A stretch of 60,000 bases of DNA from Malacoraja senta (GCA_038087875.1 CM075989.1:19532001-19592000); one strand, 5' to 3'; numbered from the stretch's first letter, positions 37,337 to 51,466 are shown. The notes: a model not told the origin generated them from the letters alone. Numbers and translations are program-made.

Positions 37337-39077
37337 TAGATGTGTATATAGATATATGTATATATGCACATATATATAATATGTGTGCGCGCTTGTGCTG
37401 TTACACAAATGGCCGAGCGCTGAAAATCATCAGTGAGAAGCAACAACAACACTGGCTGTCGAAGAATAGACTGCTGCGTGCATCGCCTGCGTGAAAGATT
37501 CTCCTGCATCAAAACAAAGCAGTCCTCAATGCAACCGGGGAATGGCCTGGAACCGCCTGGCAACCCCAAGAATAGAAGGCAGCTCTTGCAAGTTAAAAAA
37601 AATGACGGAGGACAAACACCAGGCCACAAACCGAGTCCCTAAACGAACACGCCACTCGCTAATTCCAAAGCTGCAGGCCCCAAAACACATCTCTTCTCTC
37701 TCCCACCAGCCTCCCCTCTATCCCCTATTCTATATGCATTCAATTTACACAAAACTTATGTTTTTCGTCTTCATCCTGATCGATGACCCGAGAGTTCACC
37801 TTATATTGAGCCGAGAAACAAGGATGAATTCATTGCTGAAGTGTAGCTCTTTAAGCCGCCGCTGTACAGATTTGCTGCAAATGCAATGCGCCTGGTAGCA
37901 CAAAGTCTGTACAGTAACTAATCAGCGTCTGATTGAAGCTTTGACTTCTACGAGTCCAAGCAAGGCCAGAGCAATTTTCTTGGTCTGAGTGTCCAGGGTT
38001 TGGGTTGGCTCCCCAGGGGAAAGGCAGGAAATACCAATAGATAGAATTAAGAGCTGCTGCTTTCTGCAGCTTATTAATTCAGTGCCTGCATTACAGAGAG
38101 TATTACTGTACAAAGGCTGACGAGAGTTCTCAACCCATGAAGGTTTACACTGCTTGCTCGGTTAAAGACAGCGAAAATAAATTAAAGCAGAAAATTGGAA
38201 TTATTAAAAGAACAAAAATTGCGCAAATATTATTTGACAATTTAAAAAAAAAGCTAAAGAGCTTAATACAGTGAATTAAATATTCTCCTAAAGCCTGCTG
38301 CATAATTTTCAACATTGCCAGTATTTTGACAATGTTTCTCTTATCCCCCGACCCGGACCCTGAATGTGAATGAACAAACAAAAAAAAAATCTATAGAATT
38401 TTCTAGATTCAGTCTTGTGGTCACAAAGGATACCAATCTGTGAGCAAGGAAGCATGGGCTATGGTTCCCACAGGTCAATAAAATGACGGATGGGTCTCAC
38501 TTCAGCAGCTGCAGAGGGCACTGACTCAATTCTCTGCTGAAATAGCTGAAAAGACAAATTAATACTGAAGTAGACAATATTGGATTGGACTGGCCAGAAT
38601 GCACCAAAATAGACTGGAGCAGATGACTAAAACAAGGCTTCGTTACTTCAATCAGACAACAGGCCATCCCACTATGCGTTGAGGTATGTACACAGAATCG
38701 CGCCCATCTCGAAAGGCAATCTGCGCCTCGTATTCATGCTAATTAATTGATGACACCGAAGACATCCTCTATTTAAAACACTTCGCTAATGCAATTCGCC
38801 ATGGCGATGGGAAGAATTTCATTTGCTGCAAAGTACATCCGTCTTTAACATCCGATTTCATGCCAATCATCTGTTGGTGTACTTGATCACACTTAGCCAC
38901 TACTTTCAGCTCAACCACAAGCCCCAAAGGTTTGACCAAAATCAACCTTCTGGTCGCTCACTGCGTGTTGTGGTATTTAACGGCCATGGCAATTACTGCA
39001 AATTATTCCCATCTAGATGGTTCCCCCCCCCCCCTCTTCCATCTCCCAACCCTCTTGTAATTTTCTTCTTGAGACTC

Positions 39078-39778
39078 ATAGAAACATAGAAACATAGAAA
39101 GATAGGTGCAGGAGTAGGCCATTCAGCCCTTCGAGCCAGCACTACCATTCAATATGATCATGGCTGATCATCTAAAATCAGTACTGCGTTCTTGTTTTTT
39201 CCCTTGATATCCCTTGATTCCCTTAGCCCTAAGAACTAAATCTAACTCTCTCTTAAAAACATCCAGTGAATTAGCATCCACTACCTTCTGAAGCAGAGAA
39301 TTCCACAGATCAACAACTCTCTGGGTGATTTTTTTTTCCTCATCTCAGTCCCAAAATAGCCTACTCCTCATTCTTAAACTGTGACCCCTGGTTCTGGACT
39401 CCCCCAACATCGTGAACATTTTTCCTGCATCTAGCCTGTCCAATCCTTTAAGAATTTAAAAATGTTTCTATATGATCCTCTCTCATCCTTCTAAATTCCA
39501 GTGAATACAAGCCCAGTCGACCCATTCTTTCATCATATATCAATCACGCCATCGTGGGAATTAACCTGGTGAACCTATGCTGCACTCTCTCAATAGCAAT
39601 AATGTCCTTCCTCAAATTGGGAGACCAAAATTGCACACAATACTCCAAGTGCTGTCTCATCAGGGCCCTGTACAACTGCAGTAGGACCTCCTTGCTCCTA
39701 AACTCAAATCATCTCGCAATGAAGGCCAACATGCCATTAGCTTACTTCACTGCCTGCTGTACCTGCATGCTTACTTTC
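39078..39778 (-). mobile_element. Degenerate CR1 3' fragment
   Basis: catagaaacatagaaa tail; homologous to 35586-36280. Confidence 0.9.
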
Positions 39779-41280
39779 TGTACCTTTCTAGACCATTCAC
39801 TCTTTTAATCCTGCCTCTTAAGTTAAAGAAAGAATGTCTATTTATTTTCAACAAAAAGAAAGACTTGGTTATGACCCTGAAAGTAAGAGTCAACATTTTT
39901 GGGGTGGACTCCAGAAAACTTTCCTTCTGAGTTTACAATAGTTTAGAGATACGGCATGGAAACCTTCGTCCTTTCGTCCACTGAATCCATGCTGACCATT
40001 AATCACTCATTCACATATCTGTAGCTGGCCCTGATTTGTCCTGGTCTTTTCTTGCTTCCCTTTTCACCCCCTCCCTCCCCCCCACCCCCCCCCCCCCCAC
40101 CCCTCTATCTTCGGTTTTAACCAGCATCTGTAGTTCATTCCTACACAGCCCAGATACAGGCCCATCGTCTCAACGCATCCATGTCGACCAACATACCCCA
40201 TCTAACCTAGCCCCATTTACCCATGTTTGGCCCCTATACCTCTAAATCTTTCCTCTCCACGTATCTGTCCAAATGTCCTTCAAGTGCTGTTATAGCACCT
40301 GCCCCAACTACCTCCTCTGGCAGCCCGCTCCATTTACCCACCGCCATCTGAGTGAAATAGTCGGCCATCAGGTACCTATTAAATCTTCCCTCTCTCACCT
40401 TAAACTTATGCCCTCTAGTTTTTGATTACCTTATTCTGGGGAAAAAGACTTTATCCCTTACCCTATCTATTCCCCCCATGATTTTATACGTGCCAATGTT
40501 TGGTATCAGAAGGATGACAACCATTAACAGCTTTGGTATCGTTGTTTTAGGAAAGTTCAGGTGAAATGCTGCCTATGTTTAAAATGTCCAGCAATGTTCT
40601 GCATTATCCACCTCATAAATTGTCTCAGCCAACATTCTACCCTAACCCTTCTTCAGACTGAATAAGGATCTCAACCTGAAGTGTCACCCATTCCTTCCCC
40701 CCAGTGACACTGCCTGGACACATAATGCTGGAGTAACTCAACGGGTCAGGCAGCATCTCTGGAGAAAAGGAATAGGTGACGTTTTGGGTCGGGATCATTC
40801 TTCAGACTCAATTCACCGAGACTGGTTGCAAGGTACCTCTTGCTCAATGCTGATACCTAACTGACGTAGCACGTAATGTCCTTTGAAGTAATTCATAGTG
40901 AAAATGACAATAAGCAGATTAAACAAACATAAGGGCTCTTTCACCAGTTTATAATTTATATTGGAAACTCACATGAAGTACTATTTGGATTTCACTACTA
41001 AAAAGTCTATATTTGGAAAGATGTATGGATAGGAATGGTTTAGAAGGCTCTGGGCCAAATGCAGGCAAATGGGACTCGCCCAGAATGCCAACTTGGTCAG
41101 CATGGACATGGTGGGTTGATGGGCCTGTTTCCATGCTGTACAACTCCATTTTGTGTCTATCATCGGTGTAAACCAGCATCTGCAGTTCCATCCAACACAT
41201 TTCATCTGCCCCACTGCAAAATCTCCTCAAGAAGTTCTCCTCCTCTCTCCGACGAGAGTTCTGCAATATTCTCTCTCGCT

Positions 41281-41417
41281 TCAGTCTGAAGAAGGGTCTC
41301 GACCCGAAACGCCAACCATTCCTTCCATCCAGAGATGCTGCCTGTCCCCGCTGAATTACTCCAGCATTTTGTGTCTATCGTTGGTGTAAACCAGCATCTC
41401 CAGTTCCTTCCTACACA
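41281..41417 (+). mobile_element. Hammerhead-core repeat
   Basis: tcagtCTGAAGAagggtctcgacccGAAAcgcc. Confidence 0.75.
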
Positions 41418-41569
41418 TCACTATTTATCCCTATGTTTAGTTCCGAAATACAGCATTGAAACAGGCCCACTGAGTACATGCTGACGACCCAACGACCCAT
41501 TTACACTTATTCTACACTAATCTAATCCAACTTTATACTCTCCATGTTGATCTCAATTTCCCCCAGATT

Positions 41570-41710
41570 TTACCGCTCACCCACACACTAGGGACAATTT
41601 ACACCAAGGCCAAACCGACCACCGATCACCCGTTCACACTAGTTCTATGTTATCCCATTTTCCAATCCACTTTGTTCACACTGGGGGAAATTTACAGAGG
41701 GCCAATTAAC

Positions 41711-41746
<36 letters not shown>

Positions 41747-41893
41747 TTGGGATGTGGGAGGGAACCGGAGCACCAGGAGGAAACCTGAGAAGTCACAGGC
41801 AGAACGTGCAAACTCCACACAGACAGCACCTAAAGTCAGGATCGAACCTGTGTCTCTATGGCGCTGTGAGGCAGCAGCTCTACCAGCCACCCA
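41570..41893 (-). mobile_element. HE1-like V-SINE containing a (CA)n expansion
   Basis: V-domain; CA run at ~41714-41743. Confidence 0.8.
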
Positions 41894-42286
41894 CTTAAAA
41901 CACTTCCATTTCCATTTCTCAAACATTATCATTGTGAATTAGCAAAAATATGATTTTACTATTTTACATCTTGCAATTTTCTTAAATAGGTGATAGTGGA
42001 TACTGTGTTACTACCGCCTGTAGTAATATGGACAGAGAAGAGAGTGACAATATTACTCTACAAGCTGCTTTAATGATGAACATAATGAAGGAGCAAAATG
42101 GTGTGGTAATCTAGGCGGAGCTACAGGGTCAGGCTAGGATATTATTCATTGGAGCACAGGAGGGTGATCTTACAGAGGTCTATAAAATAGGTAAATTGGC
42201 CATTGCAAAATGCCTCCAGTGTGCCAATATGTGGTAGAATCTGAGGGGGGGATGGGGTTGATGGGAATGTGGGGCAAATCAAACAT

Positions 42287-42752
42287 GGGTTCACGAGGTT
42301 AATTCCCCGGGATGGCGGGACTGTCATATGAGGAAAGATTGGAAAGACTGGGCTTGTATTCACTGGAGTTTAGAAGGATGAGGGGGAATCTTATAGAAAC
42401 GTATAAAATTATAAAAGGACCGGAAAAGCTAGATGCAGGAAAAATGTTCCCAATGTTGGGGGAGTCCAGAACCAAGGACCACAGTCTAAGAATAAAGGGG
42501 AGGCCATTTAAAAGTGAGATGAGAAAAAACTTTTTCACCGAGATTGTTGTGAATTTGTGGAATTCTCTGGATGAATTTAAAAGAGAGTTAGATAGAGCTC
42601 TAGGGGCTAACGGAATCAAGGAATATGGGGAGAAGGCAGGCACGGATTACTGATTTTGGATGATCAGCCATGATCACAATGAATGGCGGTGCAGGCTTGA
42701 AGGGCTAAATGGCCTCCTCCTGCACCTACTTTCTATGTTTCTATGTTTCTAT
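42287..42752 (+). mobile_element. CR1 3' fragment
   Basis: ORF 42312-42653; (tttctatg)n tail. Confidence 0.92.
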
Positions 42753-43099
42753 CACCCCGTGACTCTATAAAAGAATTAAGAAAAATTGGTTAGAAAAAAA
42801 GCAGCTAACACGGAAAGACAAATCGACGAATTCTCCTCCGCACTTGAAAAATGCTTAAAGTACAGCGTTTTTCACTGAGTGACCAAGCTTGTTATTTATA
42901 GCATCAGTTCTCGGCATCACTTGGAACATTTTCTTACAAAATTCACTGTGACTATAAACTCTTCAATCACCACTCGCGAACACATAACTTCACCCTGAAA
43001 ATTCACTGCACTTCTCAGAGAAATAACCGAGTTACTGAGCGTACGGTGGATCTGTACGGAAATGCTGGGGACATGGATGCTCCTCATGACAACCTTTCA

Positions 43100-43823
43100 A
43101 TCACACACACACACACACTCATTCAAACACACACACACATGCACACACACACGCACATTCATTCAAACACACACGCGCATACACAAACACACACACACAT
43201 TCAAACACACACACACATGCACACACACACATTCATACACACACATGCACACACACATGCACACACACACACTCATCCAAACACGCACACACATTCAAAC
43301 ACACACATTCATTCAAACACACACATGCACACACACATTCAAACACACACACACTCATTCAAACACACACATGCACACACACACTAATCCAAACACACAC
43401 ACTCATTCAAACACACACACACACACACACACTCATTCAAACACACACATGCACACACATATATGCACACACACATGCACACACATACATGCACACACAC
43501 ACATTCAAACACACACACACACACACACACACATTCAAACACACACACACACTCACATTCAAACACACAAATGCACACATAGTCATTCAAACACACACAG
43601 TCATTCTCAAACCACATAGTCATTCTCAAACACACACACACCCAGTCACACTCAAACACACACACACTCTCAAAGACAGAAGTCACACCCACAGTCACTC
43701 AAACAAATACACACACATAATCACTCTCAGACACACACATACAGTCACTCACACTCACACACACACGCACAGTCACTCAAATGCATACATGCACGCACAG
43801 AGTCACACTCAAACACACACACA
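43100..43823. repeat. Compound CA-rich satellite with attcaa and agtcac spacers
   Basis: Seen directly. Confidence 0.95.
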
Positions 43824-44012
43824 CAAAATTCATTTCTGGGAAGAAAGTTTTCAATCCACATTTTTTGTAAAAGAGATTCATTTACAAACAAACTAGCAAC
43901 CAAGTGGAATTCACCTGTTATCAGAACCTTTAAATAAACCCAGAATAGCAGTGACTATTTATTGTATAAAGTGTTTGCTTCACAGCTGAGGTCCTAACAT
44001 TGGAATTCCTAA

Positions 44013-44137
44013 TGTGTAGGAAGGAACTGCAGATGCTGGTTTACATCGAAGATAGACACAAAATGCTGGAGTAACTCAGCGGGACAGGCAGCATCTCTGG
44101 AGAGAAGGAATGGGTGAGACGTCTGAAGAAGGGTCTC
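44013..44137 (-). mobile_element. Hammerhead-core repeat, with a short inverted core remnant
   Basis: tgtgtaggaaggaactgcagatgctgg...gggtga then gtctgaagaagggtctc. Confidence 0.75.
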
Positions 44138-44147
44138 TGGATACTTT

Positions 44148-47100
44148 CTTTTATTTTTTATTTTTTATTTTTATTTATTAGAAGTACATTACATTACAAC
44201 CAATTACATTAGTACTCATCACGTATATCTTATTACAATTAATGTACTCCGTCATTTTTTACACTGATAAAAAGGAAAGGTTGAGATTAAGAAAAAAGAG
44301 AAAGTGAAGGAAAATAGTGAAGGTGTAAAAACGTGACAACAAGAAAGAACAGAGACCCTGTAGAAAAGAAATTAAAAAGAAAGGATTAAGAAATAGACCC
44401 TAAAGAAGAAAGAAAAGAGAAAGAGGAAAAAAGAAAAAAACAAATACTTTGTTATAAGCATCACGCAAATGGGATATACCAACTCTCCAGCTTTCATCCC
44501 CCTTTACCTGACCTCAGTTTTTTTTAAAGTACTTTTGCGCCCTATACTTGTAATAATTCTATAAATGCAGACCACGTCAGGTGGAAGTGATCTGGTTTAC
44601 CTGCCAGGAGGAGTCTTATCTCTTCTAGGTGTAATGTTTCAAACATATTTGAAATCCACATGTTTATAGTTGGTATTGGAGCGTTTTTCCAGAATTTTAG
44701 GATTAACTTTTTTCCAGTTATTAACCCGTAATCTATTAATTTCTTTTGAAACACATTTAGTTCAGGACTATCATCCGTTGTTCTGAAGAATCCATTCTGC
44801 TTTTGGTATCAGTTTTATTTTAAATAATTTTGTAAAGATTTCAAAAATTTCAATCCAAAATTTTTGAATTTTTGTACAAAAAACAAATGAGTGCGCTATA
44901 GTAGCTTCTTGAGATTGACATTTATCACAAATGGATGATACATTTGGGAAAATTTTATTAATTTTAGTTTTGGAATAATATAATCTATGTAAAATTTTAA
45001 ATTGTATTAAAGTGTGTCTTACATTAATCAAACATTTATGCACGTTTAATAAATGTTCATTCCACCTTTCCTTTGAGATTTTAACAGCTAATTCTTGTTC
45101 CCAGTCTCTTCTAATACCTTCCGTAGATGGTATTTCTACATTTAAGATAATATTATACAAATATGATATTAAGTTTGCTGATTCAGCCTTTATCTGCATT
45201 GCTTCATCCAATACATCTGCTGGGATATTATAATGATCTTTTGTATATTTTTTCAAATAGTCACATATTTGAAAATATTTAAAATATTGATTATTTCCCA
45301 GTTTATATTTTATTTGTAATTGTTGGAATGATAGTAATTTTCCAGTTTCATACAAGTCACCGAACATTTTAATTCCTAGTCTATCCCATTGTATAAAAGA
45401 TTTGTCTGTAATAGAGGGATTAAAGGACAAAGGACAAAGGACAAAGGACATTTATTGTCACATACACCAAATGATGTAGTGAAATTTGTTCTTGCCATGC
45501 AGCACAAATAGACACAACATTAAAGAAATTTAACATAAAACATAAAAACATCCCCCCACAATGGATCCCACAGTGGGGGAAGGCACAAAGTCCAGTCCAT
45601 ATCCCCTTGTCCTCCCATAGTCTGGCCTATATAGGCCTCCACAGTCGCCGCTACGGGGGCCGATGTTACAGGCCCTTCTTCGCCGGGTGATGGTGCTCCT
45701 GCGTCGGGAGAACCCTCTCAGCAGCTTGGGACACCTGGAACGGCCGTCTCCCTACTGGAGTCCGCGGCTTCCGAAGCCGACAGGCCGCGCTCGATGGAGC
45801 TCCACTACTGGCGATCTCGTCGCGAGATCCCAGGCTCCCGATGTAAAGTTCAGCGCCACTGCCTGCAGCTGACCGCTCCACAGACCTATGTTCACCGGCG
45901 GTCCCAGCTCACCGGAGTTCCAGCGCGGCGACCCGGGCAAGGCATCGCCCGCTCCGCTCCGCGATAGCGCTCCAGCACTGTGCCGCCGCCGAAGCCGAGG
46001 TTCTGGGCGGTCCCCTCAGGAAACGCTGCTCCAGGCCCGCTGGTAGGCCGCGAGGACAGGTCGAAAGTGCAGCCCGGAGAAAAGCTGCCTCTCCGACCAG
46101 GTATGGACCCTAGAAAGTAGTTTCCCCCTCCCCCCCTCCCCCCACACCCCCCCCCCATAAAAAAGAATAGAACTCCTAAAAACAAAACAACTAACTAACT
46201 AAAAATTAAAAGAAAGATGAAAAACAGACAGCTGCAGGCTGGGCAGCCATACCACACAGGACGGCGCCCTCTATTAAACGAAGGGTTATTAACTATTGGA
46301 GATAAAAGCTATAGATTTCTTAATTTTAAATTTTGTTTTATTTGTTTCCAAGTTCTGATTGTACTATGTATAATTGGGTTTTTGTTATAATTTATGTTAT
46401 TCAGTTTCATTGGTGAGAGGAGGATCGCTCCAATGTTACCAGAGGAGCAGTCCTCTCTCTCCATTACAATCCAGTCCACTTGCTGGGCAGAGTTGTCCAT
46501 CAGTTGGATCATATTTTTAATATTTACTGACCAATAATAATACATGAAGTTAGGGAGTGCTAAGCCCCCTAATAATTTAGCTTTGTTCAAGTATGTTCTT
46601 TGTATTCTATGGGATTTATAGTCCCATATAAAATTAGTAATGTCTGAGTCCAATTAAAAAAAAAACTTCTTTGGTAGGTATATAGGAATCGATTGAAATA
46701 GGTATAAAATTTGTGGTAAGAAGATCATTTTTATTGCATTTATTCGGCCTATTAAAGACATCGGGAAGCGTTTTCAAAAATTTAATTAATGTATTTAATT
46801 TATTAAGTAGAGGATCATAATTTGCTTTGAACATGCCTTGATATGTTCTGGTGATTTCAATACCCAAGTATTTAAATTTTTCTGTAGCTATTTTAAAAGG
46901 GAATTTTAAAAGATGTGTTGAGTCTTTCGGTTTTATTGACATAATTTCACTTTTATTCCAATTTATTCTGTATCCAGAAAAGGATCCAAAGTCCTCAATT
47001 AGATTTAATATGTTTGGTATAGTAATTTGAGGTTTTGTAATGTACAATAATATATCATCCGCGTATAAAGATATTTTATTATTTGAGTATTTAATATTAT

Positions 47101-47234
47101 ACCCATGGATATCTGGATGTGTTCTAATTTTTTCTGCTAAAGGTTCAATTATGAGAGCAAACAACTGTGGTGATAATGAGCACCCTTGTCTGTTTCCCCT
47201 TGATAGTTGAAATTTCGAGGATAATATGTTATTA
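44148..47234 (-). mobile_element. 5'-truncated L1-clade LINE (frameshifted ORF2 RT plus C-terminal Cys/His domain) with nested insert
   Basis: ISLYADDILLY, FSGYRINWNKS, GGLALPN, CDKC...H...C; 15-bp TSD gtctctggatacttt (44133-44147, 47235-47249); T-rich tail. Confidence 0.93.
45425..46272 (-). mobile_element. ~850-bp GC-rich non-autonomous retroposon nested in L1
   Basis: TSD attaaa (45419-45424, 46273-46278); removal restores L1 codons NNPSFNPSITDK; (ggacaaa)n tail on the + strand. Confidence 0.88.
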
Positions 47235-47547
47235 GTCTCTGGATACTTTTAAGAGAGAGCTAGATAGGGCTCTTAAAGATAGCGGAGTCAGGGGATATGG
47301 GGAGAAGGCAGGAACGGGGTACTGATTGGGGATGATCAGCCATGATCACATTGAATGGCTCAAAGGGCCGAATGGCCTACTCCTGCACCTATTGTCAACC
47401 TGTAACGTCACCCATTCCTTCTCTCCAGAGTTGCTGCCTGACCCACTGAGTTACTCCAGCATTTTGTGTCTATCTATTGGAATTCTTAACATGTTTACCT
47501 CTGAAATACCTGACTGGTGCTGTAAGGCAGCAACTCTGGCGCTGTAA

Positions 47548-48174
47548 AGGGCCTGTCCCACTTAGGCAATGTTTTAGGCGACTGCTGGCGACTGACAATG
47601 TCTACGACAAGCTACAACAACTTACCACCTAGTCGATGTCAAGCTACAGCAAGCTACCGACAACCGGCGACCCATTAGGATGTCCACCTACGACCACACC
47701 TACGAAAACCTACGACCACACAGGCGACAACCTACGACAACCGAAGTCAACCTACGTCCACCCGCGACAAGCTACGACAAGCTGTGACCCTGTCGGCGAC
47801 AACTGAAGACAATTCAGTCGCCGGTACCTGTCGCCGATTGACGTAGGTAGTCGCCAATGGAATTCACCGCCGTCAGCACCAGCGACAACCTATGTCACCT
47901 GGCAACAACCTATGACATCCTGGTGACCTACTACCACCGCACGTACGTCACAAGAATACAAGCTACGATCCATGGGGTCAAAACAAATGTCCCCGCTAAT
48001 TTTTCATCAAATTAGCGGCGACCAGAATGACGTTACGACTTGTTGCGAAACTGAGGAAACTACTCACGACCCTGCAGGCGACACCCCGGCAACCACCGGC
48101 GAACATGTGGTGACCATGTGGCGACCGCATAGTCTCCTGTAGTCGCCTAAAAAATCGCCTGTGGGACAGGCCCT
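47548..48174. mobile_element. PIF/Harbinger-type MITE with internal cgaca/ctacgac repeats
   Basis: TAA TSD (47545-47547, 48175-48177); TIR agggcctgtcccac / gtgggacaggccct. Confidence 0.88.
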
Positions 48175-48211
48175 TAAGACAGCAACTCTACCGCTGTAAG
48201 GCAGCAACTCT

Positions 48212-48662
48212 GATATGAAGAAAGACTGGATAGACTTGGCTTATACTCGCTAGAATTTAAGAGATTGAGAGGGGATCTTATAGAAACGTACAAAATTCTT
48301 ATGGGGTTGGACAGGCTAGATGCAGGAAGATTGTTCCCGATGTTGGGGAAGTCCAGGACAAGGGGTCACAGCTTAAGGATAAGGGGGAAATCCTTTAAGA
48401 CCGAGATGAGGAAAAACTTTTTCACGCAGAGAGTGGTGAATCTCTGGAACTCTCTGCCACAGAGGATAGTTGAGGCCAGTTCATTGGCTATATTTAAGAG
48501 GGAGTTAGATGTGGCCCTTGTGGCTAAAGGGATCAGGGGGTATGGAGAGAAGGCAGGTACGGGATACTGAGTTGGATGATCAGCCATGATCATATTGAAT
48601 GGCGGTGCAGGCTCGAAGGGCCGAATGGCCTACTCCTGCACCTATTTTCTATGTATCTATGT
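48212..48662 (+). mobile_element. Young 5'-truncated CR1
   Basis: TSD aactct (48206-48211, 48663-48668); nearly identical to the 3' end of 35586-37136. Confidence 0.93.
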
Positions 48663-49134
48663 AACTCTACCGCTGTAAGGCAGCAACTCTGGCACTGTGC
48701 AGTCACCCCTCTCTTCTGATTAAATACACAGTATATACCTGAGGTATGGTTTTTATCAGTGGAGCACTTACTGTAGTATTTTTTGCCAAGGTTTAAAGCA
48801 CCACAATAGATAAAATGCCCAGGTTGCAAGTGACAGGTGTACTGTCAGAGTTACATAATGAGATATGTCTTTCCTGATGGAGGTTGCAATGAAGGGTATA
48901 TCCCAGAGGAGGGTCTTTCTTTGTCGTTGACCTGCAGTGATGTACAACTGTTTTATTGCAGATATTTACAGGTAGAATAAGTCAACTGGACAGAAACATT
49001 GAAAAACAGGTTCGAAAAACACAGAAGCTCTGAAATTTATAAACGGTTGGTGCGTTTAATTTACCGTACTTTGCAAAGAAAACAATCAAACGCCTCACTG
49101 TGAGCAAACAGTGAGACAGGACTATCTCTGGCAG

Positions 49135-49976
49135 ACGACGGCACGGTGGCGCAGCAGTTGAGTTGCTGCCTCACAGAGCCAGAGACCCAGGTTCGATCCT
49201 GACCATGGGTGCTTGTCTATATGGAGTTTGTACGTTCTCCCCGTGACCTGCATGGGTTTTCTCCAGGTGCTCCGGTGTCCTCCCACACTCCAAAGACGTC
49301 CAGTTTTGTAGATTAATTGGCTTAGTATAATTATAAATTGTCCCTATTGTGTGTAGGATAATGTTAGTGTGTGGCATGAACTCGGTGGGCCGAAGTGGCT
49401 GTTTCCGAGCTGTATCTCCAAACTAAACTAAACTACAGCAGTGTGCAGAATGTGCAAATAAGCATTAGTGTCACAGAGTCACAGAGCACAGAAACAGGCC
49501 CTTCGGCCCAACTTGCCCATGCTGACCAAGGTGCCCTGTCTATGCTAGTCCCACCTGCCCGCGTTTGACCCAAATCCCTCTGAACCTTTCCTAACCATGT
49601 ACCTGTCCAAATGTCTTTTAAATGTTGTTCTGGTTTCTTAAAAAGGAAAATAGGGCGGCACGGTGGCGCAGCGGTAGAGTTGCTGCTTTACAGCACTTAC
49701 GGCGTTGGAGACTCAGGTTCGATCCTGACAACGGGTGCTCTCTGCACGGAGTTTGTACGTTATTCCCGTGACCACGTGGGTTTCCTCCAGGATCTTCGAT
49801 TTCCCCCCGCACTCCAAAGACGTACAGGTTTGTAGGTAAATTGGCTTGGTATAATTGTAAATTGTCCCTAGTATGTGTAGGATAGTGTTCATGTGCGGGG
49901 ATCGCTGATCGGCGCGGACTCAGTGGGTCGAAGGGCCTGTTTCTGTGTTGTATCTCTAAACTAAATTAGACTAAAC
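49135..49976 (+). mobile_element. Two HE1-like V-SINEs (49135-49433, 49652-49976)
   Basis: Heads, V-domains and (taaac)n tails. Confidence 0.85.
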
Positions 49977-50034
49977 TCTTGCTAAGAAAATTGATACCAG
50001 GAATTCTAGGGTTAACATATTCTGAGGCTTGATA

Positions 50035-50450
50035 CAAGGCACTGGGCCTGTACTCACTGGAGTTTAGAAGGACGAGGAGGGACCTCATTAAAACACTGAA
50101 TAGTGAAAGGCCTGGATAGAGTGGATGTGGAGAGGATGTTTCCACAAGTGGGAGAGTCTGGACCAGAGACCACAGCCTCAGAATAAAAGGACGAACCTTG
50201 AGAATGGAGATGAGGAGGAATTTCTTTAGTCCGGCGGTGGTGAATCTGTGGAATTCCTTGCCACGGATGGCTGTGGAGGCCGTCAATGGATATTTTTAAA
50301 GTGGAGATTGACAGATTCTTGATTAGTATGGGTGTCAGGGGTTATGGGTAGAAGGTAGGAGAATGGGGGTGAGAGGGAGAGACAGATCAGCCATGGTGGT
50401 GTAGACTTGATGGGCCGAACGGCTTAATTCTGCTCTGATAACTTATAAAC
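50035..50450 (+). mobile_element. CR1 3' fragment
   Basis: ggcctgtactcactggagtttagaagg...gtgaatctgtggaattccttgcc. Confidence 0.82.
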
Positions 50451-50554
50451 ATGAACTAACTGACACAAAACCTAATGGGCAAATTGACCCTTTTCAGTGC
50501 TTTAGTATTGTACAATTCAATTGTGTTCTGTTGAGAATAGAACCTCCAATATTA

Positions 50555-50582
50555 TTCTCCCTCTCTCTCTCTCCTTCCTCTG

Positions 50583-50635
<53 letters not shown>
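50555..50635. repeat. (CT)n microsatellite
   Basis: Seen directly. Confidence 0.95.
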
Positions 50636-50638
<3 letters not shown>

Positions 50639-51202
50639 ACGCTCTAGTGCAAGAACTATTCCAGGATAATACAACAGAACATTTAGGTAGAGACTAGAAT
50701 TACGAATGTGGGCCCAGAGTGTGCCTTGTAAATGCTGCAAATATCTCATCTGCTAACCGAAAAATCAATTCTTATGACCGAATACCAATATACACCAAAA
50801 AGAAGCACCCCTGACAATTAGTGTGGGCTTTCTGGTACACACCTCTTGATAATTTGATATCGATCCGATCTGTATTTAACCAGAGGAGTATTTGGCGAGC
50901 GCAGCCTCAAAAATAAAACATCTGCGCAGAGGATATCAATTATTTAAGCAGAAAGCTGAAACCAGTCAGAAACTTTCATCTCGTTGTTTGGCTTCAAAGC
51001 TTAATGTGAATGGTATTCCTTTTGAACAGCCTCTGGTAACGTATAATGAGGAAAGGCATGAGGGTTCTTACTCAAACTAACTTTGATGAGTGATGAGTTT
51101 ATCACATATGATGTCCATCTTTCCAGATACAGATATGAGTATTTATAATTCGTTTGTACCGCAGGGTTTTAATTTTGGAATATTTGTTTGTATTAGACAC
51201 TA

Positions 51203-51466
51203 CTTTAGACTTTAGAGATACAGAGCGGAAACAAGCCCATTTTGACCCACTGAGTCAGTGCCAACCAGCGATCACCCCGTACACTAGCACTATCCTACAC
51301 ACTTGGAACAATTTATAATTTTTTACCAAATCCAATTATCTTACAAACCTTTACGTCTTTGGAATGTGGGAGAAAACCAGAGCACCCGGAGAAAACCCAC
51401 AAGGTCCAAACAGAAGTCTCTGGTGCTGTGAGGCAGCAGCACTACCAGCTGCACCACAGTGCCACC
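51203..51466 (-). mobile_element. HE1-like V-SINE with internal deletion
   Basis: Tail, partial V-domain and head. Confidence 0.8.

Noticed and set aside
35681..37408. 575-aa ORF in the ORF track
   Set aside because: It reads through the 200-N gap. Only the part below 37137 is CR1 RT; the N-terminus is unrelated low-complexity sequence.
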